From NCBI GenBank assembly GCA_963664825.1, contig OY761614.1, positions 928,001 through 992,000 of the forward strand: 64,000 nt of DNA, written 5' to 3'. This stretch comes from an uncultured Holophaga sp. GTDB lineage: Bacteria; Acidobacteriota; Holophagae; Holophagales; Holophagaceae. Below, one piece after another: positions 38,651-50,919 of the stretch. The first letter of the stretch is position 1; every line of letters begins with the position of its first letter. The notes beneath the pieces are model-generated. The model saw only the letters and a list, made by a program, of their open reading frames with translations, searched no databases and had not been told where the DNA came from. Made by a program: the position numbers and the translations under genes.

Positions 38651-39588
38651 ACCCCTCGGAAGCCCTGCTTGGCCATCTCCAATCCGGATTGACGCCCTTC
38701 CTGGGCCTGCCCCACGGCAGCCAGCCCAGACCCGTTTCAGGCGTCGTGTTGGGCGCTCCCTTTGATGGCGGCGTCATCAACCGCCCCGGTGCACGAATGG
38801 GCCCCTGGGCGCTGCGCATGGCGACCCTCGGCATGGGCAGGCAGCCCATGCCTCTGCGTCTCCAGGGCCCTAGAGAGGAATACCGCCCCTTCGCCGGGCT
38901 CGATTGGGTGGATGGGGGCAATATCCCCACCCGACCCTTCGATATGATCGTGGCCCTGGACGCGGTAGAAGAGACAGTGGCCGCCTGGATCGCTCAAGGG
39001 GCCCGCACATTGATGCTGGGAGGCGATCACCTGATGACCCTGGGCGCCCTGCGGGCCCAGGCCAAGCGGAACGGCCCCTTGGGCCTCCTTCATTTGGATG
39101 CCCACCCCGACGCAGGCCACGGCGAGGCCTGGGGAACGCCCCTCCATCACGGCACCTGGGTGCGCCAAGCCATCGAGGAAGGCCTAGTGGACCCCCATCG
39201 CACGGTGCAGGTGGGCCTGAGGGCCCCCCGCTTCGAGGAAGGTGAACTCGCCTTCCTCCATGGAGCAGGCGTCCACCTCTGGACCCCCTGGGATCTGAAG
39301 GATCCGCGCCTCAGCAGCCAGCTCCAGGGTGATCTGGCCCGAGTGGGCCAGGGGCCCGCCTATGTGAGCCTGGATCTGGATGTGCTGGATCCCGCCTTCT
39401 GCCCCGCGGTGGCCGAACCCGTGCCCGGGGGCCTCACGGTGATGGAGGTGATCGGCCTCCTGCGCCCCATCCACCACTGGAGCGTCCCCTTCGTAGGCGC
39501 CGATGTGATGGAACTGGCCCCCACCCTGGCCGGCGCCGAGGAATCCGCCCGGGTGGCCGCCCATCTAGCTCTGCATCTGCTCGGGTAA
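38647..39588 (+). CDS. Agmatinase-family ureohydrolase
   Basis: GAPFDGG...RPGARMGP, GGDH, DAHPD, HGT, SLDLDVLDP, PGG; ATGA overlap. Confidence 0.88.
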   Translation: MNPSEALLGHLQSGLTPFLGLPHGSQPRPVSGVVLGAPFDGGVINRPGARMGPWALRMATLGMGRQPMPLRLQGPREEYRPFAGLDWVDGGNIPTRPFDMIVALDAVEETVAAWIAQGARTLMLGGDHLMTLGALRAQAKRNGPLGLLHLDAHPDAGHGEAWGTPLHHGTWVRQAIEEGLVDPHRTVQVGLRAPRFEEGELAFLHGAGVHLWTPWDLKDPRLSSQLQGDLARVGQGPAYVSLDLDVLDPAFCPAVAEPVPGGLTVMEVIGLLRPIHHWSVPFVGADVMELAPTLAGAEESARVAAHLALHLLG

Positions 39589-39668
39589 CGCCGAGATATC
39601 ACCTCGTTGTCAGAGCAATGCCACGGCCTCTTCACAGGGCCCCCCGATACTTTCCTTGAGGTGATGCG

Positions 39669-40178
39669 ATGGTGATCGGCAACTGGTTGGGCCTTCTTTC
39701 GAGGCAGTCCCTGAAGGGCGCGGCCATCGGATGGGACGAGATCGTCGTGGGCTACGACTTCGGGTTCCTCAAGGCCGAGGAGATCCAGGCCTGGGTGCGG
39801 GATCAGGGCTTCGCAAGCGAGGCCTGCCAGCGCCTCATCCAGCTGGAGGGCCCCGGCCTGGAGGTCTTCGAGGCGGCCCTTTGGCTGGCCTCGGCCGAAC
39901 TCACCGGCAAGACGCCCCGGCCCGGGGGACGCCGCTGGGCCCGAGCCCAGGACCGATGGAGAATCGCGCTCCTGAAGGATGTCCTGGAGGCGCCCCTCAG
40001 CGCCGAGGCCCTGGGCATCGCTGTGGAGACCGTCTACGAAGCCGTGGGCTGCCCGGAGGACATGCTGGATCTGTGGAGCCGGGGAAACCGCTGGACCCAG
40101 ACTCCAGCCTCGGCCCAACGCCCCACCATCGAAGCCTTCCTGCGCCGCAGCGAAGAAGGACTCGTCCTGGCGAGTTGA
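39669..40178 (+). CDS. Hypothetical protein, DUF2247-like
   Basis: W.EI..GY..G, RWRIALL, VYEAVGCPEDM pattern; GAGGTG RBS. Confidence 0.55.
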   Translation: MVIGNWLGLLSRQSLKGAAIGWDEIVVGYDFGFLKAEEIQAWVRDQGFASEACQRLIQLEGPGLEVFEAALWLASAELTGKTPRPGGRRWARAQDRWRIALLKDVLEAPLSAEALGIAVETVYEAVGCPEDMLDLWSRGNRWTQTPASAQRPTIEAFLRRSEEGLVLAS

Positions 40179-40218
40179 GCTCTCGGATAAGCTGGCAGGG
40201 CCCCGAGGCAGATAGCCC

Positions 40219-40656
40219 ATGAACAGATACAGCCCCGCGATCCTCCTGTCCTGCCTTTTCCTGGCCTGCGCGCCCTCCAGCCCCGAGGCTCGCGTGAAGC
40301 GCGCCTTCGAGGCCTGCGTGAAGGGTGTGGAGACAGGCGACATCGACGCCGCCCTTGAGGCCCTCGATCCGAAATTCACGGGTCCCGAAGGCATGGATAA
40401 GGCCTCGGCCAAACTCTATCTCCTGGGCGTGCTGCGCCGGGAGAAGATCGGCCTGACGATCATCTCCAGCCGGATCCAGGTTCAGGGCCGGGAGGCCCTC
40501 CAGACCGTGGAGATCCTGCTCACCAGCCGCAGTGGCGGCATCCTGCCCCAGGACGCCTCCCGCCATACCTTCCTCCTGCGTTGGACAGAGACTGACGACA
40601 CCTGGCGCCTCCGGGAACTGGTGGAGGAAAGGGCCGCCCCGATTCCAGCGGGATGA
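40219..40656 (+). CDS. Lipoprotein, possible NTF2/SnoaL-like fold
   Basis: Lipobox LFLAC; helix then beta meander ending WRL. Confidence 0.7.
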   Translation: MNRYSPAILLSCLFLACAPSSPEARVKRAFEACVKGVETGDIDAALEALDPKFTGPEGMDKASAKLYLLGVLRREKIGLTIISSRIQVQGREALQTVEILLTSRSGGILPQDASRHTFLLRWTETDDTWRLRELVEERAAPIPAG

Positions 40657-40690
40657 TCCGCCAGGAACACCGATCACCCTTCGCAGTGTT

Positions 40691-44350
<3,660 letters not shown>

Positions 44351-44354
<4 letters not shown>

Positions 44355-46237
44355 GGTGCGACCTCGGAGCTCTGCGCCTTCTTGGGATCCAGCTTGAAGG
44401 CATCGGGCAGCTTGCCCCCGGGCGGGGGCAGCGGGTTCTTGAAGCGCTGGAGGAACCAGTACTCGCAGAGTTTCTTGGCGATGGGCGCGGCGCTGGAAGC
44501 TCCGAATCCGGCGTTCTCGGCCACGATGGCGAAGGCGATCTGGGGGTTCTCCCGGGGCGCATAGCCCGCGAAGAGGGCGTTGTCCTTCAGATGCTTGGCC
44601 AGCTGCGCGTAGTGGGCCTTGTCCACGAAGGTGGTCACCTGACTGGTGCCCGTCTTTCCCACCATTGAAAGGCCGGGGATCTTGCTGGCGGAGGCCGTGC
44701 CGATCTCCACCACCTGGGCCAGGCCCTCGTCCAGCACGGCCCAACTGCTGGGATCCAGGCCTGTCTCCCGGGGCGTGGGGGGCCGGAAGGGATCCATCTT
44801 CCCGGTCTGTTCGTTGCGGAAGCCATAGAGCAGATGGGGCGTGAGGAGCTTGCCCCGGGTGGCCAGCATCCCGTAGAAGCGGGCCAGAGCGATGGGCGTG
44901 AGGGCGTTCTGCCCCTGGCCGATGGCCACGCTGATGGTCTCGCCTCCGTACCACTTGGGTTCCTTGGGGCGATACTTCTTCGCCCAGGCCCGGCTGGGCA
45001 CGCGGCTGGTGGCCTCGTGGGGCAGATCGATGCCCGTCTTCTCCAGGAGCCCGTACTTCACCGCCGCGGCATTTATATCGTCCACATCGAGACGCATGCC
45101 CAGCTCGTAGAAATAGACATCGCAGCTATGGGCGATGGCCTGGATGAGATTGACGGAACCGTGCACGGCGTCGCATCGGTAATCCCGGTTGTAGAAGACC
45201 TTGTGGCCCGCGCAATGGAAGGCCGTCTCGGGGGTGATGATCCCCTTGTCCAGGGCGGCCAGCGCCACCAGCAGCTTGAAGGTGGAGCCCGGAGGATAGA
45301 GACCCTGGACGACCCGGTTGAGCATGGGCTTCACGGGGTTGCGCATGAAGTAGTCCACCTGCTCCTGGCTGAGGCGGTTCAGGAAGACATTGGGATCGAT
45401 GGAGGGCGCCGAATAGAGGGCCAGGATGCCGCCATCCCGCAGATCGATGACCACCCCCGCGCCATTTTCCGTGCCGAAGGCCTCCTTCATCACCTGCTGC
45501 AAACCCGCGTCCAGGGTGAGGAAGACGCTGCGCCCGGGGACGGGTTCCTGCACGCCATAGAGCGCCATCTCGCGCCCCAGATGATCCACCAGGATGCGCC
45601 GCATCCCGTCTACCCCCCGGATATCGTCGTTGTGGGTGGCCTCGAAACCGCTGCGGCCGATGATCTCCCCCAGGTGATAGCGTTCCGGATTCTTGGCCAG
45701 GAGCTTGTCGTCGACCTCCCCCACGTAGCCCAGGGCATGGCCCGCCAGATCCTCGCCGAGATAGGAGCGCCGGGGAGCTGCCTGGATGCTGAGGAAGGGG
45801 AAGCGGGCCCGCAGCAGTTCCGCCTGGGCCAGACCGGCGTCATCCAGATTGTCCTGGAGCACCACCATGCGGTTGCCCCCCACCTGGCGACTGAGAGCGA
45901 TGCGCCGCTTCAGGTCATTGGGATCCCGCTGGATCAGCTGGGCCAGGGCCTCCACCTGGCTGAGATCCTTGGGCAGTTCCTCGGCCTGGATCACCAGATG
46001 CAGGGCCCTCCGGTTATCCACCAGCTTATGGCCATTGCGATCGAAGATGATGCCCCGGGGGGCGGGCGTCGTGCGGTTCTTCACGGCCTGGCGCAGGGCC
46101 AGATCCTGCATCTCCCGGCGCTTGATCAGCTGGACCCACCCATAGGCCAGCATCAATCCGATGATGCCCACCCACACGAGGGCCTTGAGCACCTCGATGC
46201 GCTTCTGGACATGGCTGCGGATCCGCCCCTCCAACAC
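44351..46237 (-). CDS. mrdA: Penicillin-binding protein 2
   Basis: APRGIIFDRNG, STFK (SxxK), SCD (SxD), KTGT. Confidence 0.95.
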
Positions 46238-46240
46238 GGC

Positions 46241-46723
46241 CTACCTCCGGTGGATGGGCTGGTGGAGCTTGAAGGCCACCGTGCCCCAGAGGGGGACTGC
46301 GAGAAGCGTCCAGAGCCAGCCCCATCCCCAGGGATGGGGACCGCAGGCGATGCGCACCGCGAAATGGATCAGCAGGGATTGGAACAGCGCAAGAGCGGCC
46401 AGCCGAGTCCAGAAGGCCTTGCGATGGCTGGGAGGCCACTGGGTCAGGGCCCAGCCCGCGATGAGAGCCACAATCAGATTGGCCAGGGCCGTGCCGCCCA
46501 GGTGCGGGTAGGCGCGCATGGCGCCCTCCAGCACCCAGCCCGCCGCCGCCGCCCAGCAGGCGCCCACCAGGGGGGAACGGAATTCCGGCGCCAGCCCCAG
46601 GACGAGGAAGGCGTTGAGCACGGCCTGGAGGGCCGGCCAGGGGGCCGTGTGATAGATACCGCCGAGGACGAGCAAGACGAAGATCAGGCGCCGCACGGTG
46701 ATGGAGACGGTGGAGGTGCTCAC
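46241..46723 (-). CDS. mreD: Rod shape-determining protein MreD (divergent)
   Basis: Small polytopic membrane protein between mreC and mrdA. Confidence 0.7.
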   Translation of the reverse strand: MSTSTVSITVRRLIFVLLVLGGIYHTAPWPALQAVLNAFLVLGLAPEFRSPLVGACWAAAAGWVLEGAMRAYPHLGGTALANLIVALIAGWALTQWPPSHRKAFWTRLAALALFQSLLIHFAVRIACGPHPWGWGWLWTLLAVPLWGTVAFKLHQPIHRR

Positions 46724-47595
46724 TTGTCACCCCCCTTGGGGAGTTCGGCCCCGGGTTCCGAGGGGGGCTGGACCTGCATGGGGGGCTTGGGCGGCAGGAG
46801 CAGAACCAGATGGACCCGGTCCAGGGGGGCCGCCAGGGCCACCTCCACGCCCAGTTCCGCGTCCCGGGGCTTGGCGGAGGTCACGTACCCCACCAGGAGG
46901 CCCCGGGGAAAGACCCGGTCCAGCCCCGAGGTGTAGACGGGCTCCCCCACCTGGGCCACTTCCTGGCTGCTGATATAGCGGATCTCGGCCCGGCCAGGGC
47001 CCACGCCCTGGAGCACGCCAGTGGCCCGGCTCCGAGCCAGCATCACGGCGGTGGAAGCGTTGTAGGAATCCAGGGGCAGCACGCTGGCCTGCCCGTGGAC
47101 CACCGACCAGATGCGGCCGACGACCCCTTCGGGGCAGATGACGCCCTGGTCCGGCAGGAGGCCCGCGTCCTCCCCCTGATCGAGCACCATGCCCCCGAAG
47201 GGCGCCCGGCGAAGATTGGCGATGATCCGCGCCCCCCGGGTCTCCAGGGGCAGGAGCTGCTTGAGGCCCATCAGCCGGAGGGCCTCGTCGGCTTCCATGC
47301 GCCGGGAGGCATCCTGGATGGCGGCCATCTGCAGATATTCCACCCGCTGGCGCAGCATCTGGATCTCCCACAGGGCCTTCCGGTGATCGCCAGTCCTCTG
47401 GCTCCGAGCGAATCGCCAGGCCTCGAAACGGGCGCTCAGCACCTGGGAAGGCCGGGACAGGACTCCCAGCAGGTTCTGCCAGCGGGTGGCCGGGCCCCGT
47501 CCCAGACAGACCCACAGCACATGGCCCACCACAAGCACCAGGATGCCCCAGCGGCGGCGACCGGAAGGGTTCCAGCCCCAGGGGCGCTCACGCAT
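46720..47595 (-). CDS. mreC: Rod shape-determining protein MreC
   Basis: TM + coiled coil, GVVGRI, VYTSGLDRVFPRGLLVG. Confidence 0.92.
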   Translation of the reverse strand: MRERPWGWNPSGRRRWGILVLVVGHVLWVCLGRGPATRWQNLLGVLSRPSQVLSARFEAWRFARSQRTGDHRKALWEIQMLRQRVEYLQMAAIQDASRRMEADEALRLMGLKQLLPLETRGARIIANLRRAPFGGMVLDQGEDAGLLPDQGVICPEGVVGRIWSVVHGQASVLPLDSYNASTAVMLARSRATGVLQGVGPGRAEIRYISSQEVAQVGEPVYTSGLDRVFPRGLLVGYVTSAKPRDAELGVEVALAAPLDRVHLVLLLPPKPPMQVQPPSEPGAELPKGGDK

Positions 47596-47636
47596 GGATG
47601 GCCCCCCCGCCTTCCCAGACGACAGGAATAGACTCG

Positions 47637-47731
47637 CCACCGAGGCACGAAGAAAAGAGCACCGGGAGAACACGGAGAAATAGGTGTGTCCTGGTCATTC
47701 CTCCATGCACTCCGTGTCTCCGTGGTGGTGG
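47637..47731. repeat. REP-like imperfect inverted-repeat element between mreB and mreC
   Basis: cacc/cacggaga-type subunits on the left arm and ctccgtg(t/g)-type subunits on the right arm. Confidence 0.6.
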
Positions 47732-47745
47732 GTCGGACTAAAGCC

Positions 47746-48801
47746 CTAGTCGAGAATCTGGATGCGCCGCAGGAACGGGATATCGTCCAGCAGCTTGGCC
47801 GTGCCGCGCACGACGGCGGTCTCGGGGTTCTCGGCGCGGTAGCAGGGGAGGTGCGTCTCCTTGGAGAGACGGATATCCAGTCCCTGGATCTTGGAGCCGC
47901 CGCCCGTGAGGCAGATGCCGCGGTCGATGAGGTCGGCCGCCAGCTGGGGAGGCGTCTCGTTGAGGGCCTTGCGCACCAGATCGATGATGGCGCTGATGGG
48001 CTCCGAGAGGGATTCGCGGATCTCCGTATCGTTGAGCACCAGGGTCTTGGGCAGGCCCTCGAACTGATCCCGGCCGGAGATGTTCATGGTGCGCGGCTTG
48101 TCGGAAGGATAGGCCGAGCCCAGGTTCCACTTCACCTCTTCGGCGGCGGATTCGGAGATGAGGACGTTGTACTTTTCCCGGATGTACTTGATGATCGCCT
48201 CGTCCATCTCATCGCCTGCGATGAGGATGGAATCGGCGAAGACCTTGCCGTTGTAGGAGATCACCGCCACATCCGTGGTGCCGCCCCCCACGTCCACGAT
48301 CATGCAGCCGCGCTTCTCGTTGATGGCCAGCCCGGCGCCGATGGCGGCCACCATGGCCTGATCCACCAGGAAGACCTCCCCGGCCTTGGCGTCATAGCAG
48401 ACCTGCTTCACGGCCCGGCGGGCCACCTGGTGGGCCCGGGGCGGAACGCTCACCACGATGCGCGTGCGGGCGATGCCGCGGTTAGGGCGGGCCTTCTTGA
48501 TGAAGGCCGCCAGCATCTTCTCGGCGGCATCCACCTCATAGATCATGCCGTCCTTCATGGGGCGGATGGTCTGGACGCCCTGGGGAGCCCGGCCCAACAG
48601 CTGCTTGGCCTCGTCGCCCACGGCTTCCACCTCGTGGGTCTGGGTGTTCAGGGCGACGATGGAAGGTTCGTAAATCACGATGCGCCCAGCCTGTTTGGTA
48701 TAGACCAGCACGGAGGCCGTGCCCAGATCGATAGCCAGATCAGTGGTGAAGAGGTTGGACCAGAAATGGGATGAAAAGGGATGCGACAAGGCAGGCTCCA
48801 A
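47746..48801 (-). CDS. mreB: Rod shape-determining actin-like protein MreB
   Basis: AIDLGTA, RPMKDG, AAIGAGL, VDVGGGTTD, GICLTGGG; TTG start with GGAGG. Confidence 0.95.
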   Translation of the reverse strand: MEPALSHPFSSHFWSNLFTTDLAIDLGTASVLVYTKQAGRIVIYEPSIVALNTQTHEVEAVGDEAKQLLGRAPQGVQTIRPMKDGMIYEVDAAEKMLAAFIKKARPNRGIARTRIVVSVPPRAHQVARRAVKQVCYDAKAGEVFLVDQAMVAAIGAGLAINEKRGCMIVDVGGGTTDVAVISYNGKVFADSILIAGDEMDEAIIKYIREKYNVLISESAAEEVKWNLGSAYPSDKPRTMNISGRDQFEGLPKTLVLNDTEIRESLSEPISAIIDLVRKALNETPPQLAADLIDRGICLTGGGSKIQGLDIRLSKETHLPCYRAENPETAVVRGTAKLLDDIPFLRRIQILD

Positions 48802-48844
48802 AGGAACCTCCTAGTTTTCCACGAATTCGATCCCTTGGACAGGC

Positions 48845-48867
48845 TTCACGGCGCTGCGCGCCGTGAA
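48845..48867. terminator. Hairpin downstream of the displaced glutaredoxin 3' end
   Basis: ttcacggcgc-tgc-gcgccgtgaa. Confidence 0.5.
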
Positions 48868-48868
48868 A

Positions 48869-49192
48869 GGGGCTCAGGCCCTCCCGGCCTCCACCAATTC
48901 CCGAACGAATAGCTCCGCATCGAAGCGGCCGGGCCGTTCGGGATGGAAGTCCCGGACCCGCGAACCGGATGTGGGTCGCGAGTGGACAGCCCAGTGGGCT
49001 GTCCCGAGCGGGGCACCCACACCGGTGAGCATCAAAGCCGGATGTGGGCCGCGAGCCATCCCAGGCTCGTCCCCATCGACGCAGGCATCAGGCGCGTGTC
49101 CGGGGCTCAGGCCCTCCCGGCCTCCACCAATTCCCGAACGAATAGCTCCGCATCGAAGCGGCCGGGCCGTTCGGGATGGAAGCCCCGGACCC
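48869..49192. repeat. 91-bp direct repeat of the glutaredoxin 3' end flanking a 142-bp structured insert
   Basis: 48869-48959 vs 49102-49192, one mismatch; insert 48960-49101 has hairpins and an internal 18-mer repeat. Confidence 0.9.
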
Positions 49193-49403
49193 AGCGCCTC
49201 CCGTCCACGAGAATGAACGGGATCGAACGCTTGCCCGTTTCCCGTTCCAGCCTCTCGGCGGCCCCCTCCACCTCTTCGATATCCACCACGGTGTGGGCCA
49301 GGGCATTCTCCCCGAGCCAACGATCCAGGCGACGGCAATCCCCGCACCAGGTCGCCGAATAGACCTGGAGATCGAGTCCTTGGAGAAGGCTGAGATCAGG
49401 CAT
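49107..49403 (-). CDS. Glutaredoxin/NrdH-like redoxin
   Basis: YSATWCGDC, TGKRSIPFILVDG; GGAGGG RBS. Confidence 0.9.
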   Translation of the reverse strand: MPDLSLLQGLDLQVYSATWCGDCRRLDRWLGENALAHTVVDIEEVEGAAERLERETGKRSIPFILVDGRRWVRGFHPERPGRFDAELFVRELVEAGRA

Positions 49404-49532
49404 GTTCCCTCCGATGAGACAGCTTAACCCGGGGTCATCCTGCCCCCTCGACGAAGGCAGCCCCCTCTTTCTATGGCAGGATAGGATGCACAGCCCAGTC
49501 ATGCTGGGACAACAGGATTAGAGGAGAACGAT

Positions 49533-50132
49533 ATGAAGCTGCGCCACGCGCACGGGATTGCCATCGCAGGACTGGCCCTGGTGGCAAGCCTTGGCTGCCA
49601 CAGGTTTTCCAGGGATAACAGCAAGGTCATCGCCAATGTCGCAGGCGAAAAGATCACGGAAAAGGCCTTCGCCGAGACCATCAAGGCCATGGTGCCCGAC
49701 GAAGCCAAGGCCAAGGAGATCCTCACCAGCGAGACCCTGCGCGATAAGCGCAACGAGTTCCTGGGCCAGGTGGCCAAGGCCAAGGCCCTGATCCTGCTGG
49801 GCAAGGCCCAGGGCCTGGACAAGGACCCCGCCGTCAAGCTCCGCATGGAACAGATGACGGCCCAGGCCTACGTGCAAACCCTCATGGAGCGCCGCCTGGC
49901 CAAGGCCCAGCCCACGGATGCCGAGCTCAAGGCCACCTACGACGAACTGGTCGCCGAGCGGAAGGCCCAGGGCCAGGACCAGGCTGTCCCGCCCTTCGAG
50001 CAGGTCAAGGCCCAGATGCCCGCCCTCTGGAAGCAGCGGCAGGAGACCAAGGTCTTCGAGCAGCTCATGAAGGAAGCCACCCAGAAATACCAGATCACCT
50101 ACGCCGACGCCTACAAACCCGCGCAGCAGTAA
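49533..50132 (+). CDS. Lipoprotein with SurA/PrsA N-terminal-like domain, no recognisable PPIase domain
   Basis: Lipobox SLGC; VIANVAGEKIT, GLDKDP, PFEQVK. Confidence 0.75.
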   Translation: MKLRHAHGIAIAGLALVASLGCHRFSRDNSKVIANVAGEKITEKAFAETIKAMVPDEAKAKEILTSETLRDKRNEFLGQVAKAKALILLGKAQGLDKDPAVKLRMEQMTAQAYVQTLMERRLAKAQPTDAELKATYDELVAERKAQGQDQAVPPFEQVKAQMPALWKQRQETKVFEQLMKEATQKYQITYADAYKPAQQ

Positions 50133-50153
50133 GGCCCAATTTGCTTTATGGGA

Positions 50154-50179
50154 AAGGGGGCGCTGGCGCCCCCTTCTTA
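50154..50179 (+). terminator. Intrinsic terminator
   Basis: aagggggcgc-tg-gcgccccctt followed by T-rich sequence. Confidence 0.65.
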
Positions 50180-50210
50180 TGTCCCGACGGGACCAGCCGT
50201 CGCATCTTCG

Positions 50211-50740
50211 TCATGCCTTCCGCCCCCGCTTCTGCTTGACCTGGGTCTCCAGGGCTTCCAGCTCCGCGAGATCCTGGCGATCGGCTTCCTGGGCATCGAG
50301 CTGTTTGCGGCGGGCGTCGAAAGCCTCGAAGCGGGTATGGATTTGCTCGGACATGGCTTCGTGGCTGATGCTGCCCTTACCCTTCAAGAGTGGCAGTTCC
50401 TGGAAGGCGATGAGGCTGTCCTGCTTGCGCACGATGCGGCCCTGCCAGGTGGTGAGGGCCATGTGGGGTTGGGTGGGATCGGCCCGCTCCAGGACGAGTT
50501 CGGCCGCCGTGCGCTCGGTGGCGGCAAAGTTGTTAAGTAGTCCTTAACAACTGAACCAGCGTTCAACTCCTTTTCCTGCAATATCTTAGAGATGTGCATG
50601 CTGGTATTAGGCACCGAGGTGGCAAAAAACTCAGTGAGCTGGGCCTGGTTCATCCAGACGGATCCATCCCGGGCCATCAGGGACAAGGCGGCCTTGCCGT
50701 CATCGGTGCGGTAGAGGATGACTTGGGTATCGTCGGCCAT
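50211..50740 (-). pseudogene. RhuM-family (virulence-island) protein pseudogene with internal deletions and a frameshift
   Basis: ILYRTDDG...VWMNQAQL..F...HI..I N-terminus, then in another frame FAATERTAAEL...MALTTW, then LL.GKGSISH..A C-terminus; much shorter than a full family member. Confidence 0.75.
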
Positions 50741-50919
50741 TAAAGCAACTTTCAAAGGCTAAGGGAGGGATGCCGTTACCGATGGGAGTCCACCTGGAAC
50801 CCGGCCTTCAAGTCTAGTTCATTCCCGTCCCCACCCTTCACCGCCCATCACGAAAGAAGCCCAGGCGGGCCCAGGCTTCTCTTGACCATAGAATCATTGG
50901 GCGCTCGCGCCCCCCGATT

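Noticed and set aside
44834..46936. Long antisense ORFs (this 700-aa one, also 1788-3314, 41572-43326, 50929-52431, 58681-60300)
   Set aside because: Shadow frames of real high-GC genes on the opposite strand; no recognisable motifs.
48874..49347. ORF ending with the duplicated glutaredoxin tail
   Set aside because: By-product of the duplication; no RBS or domain; not called as a gene.
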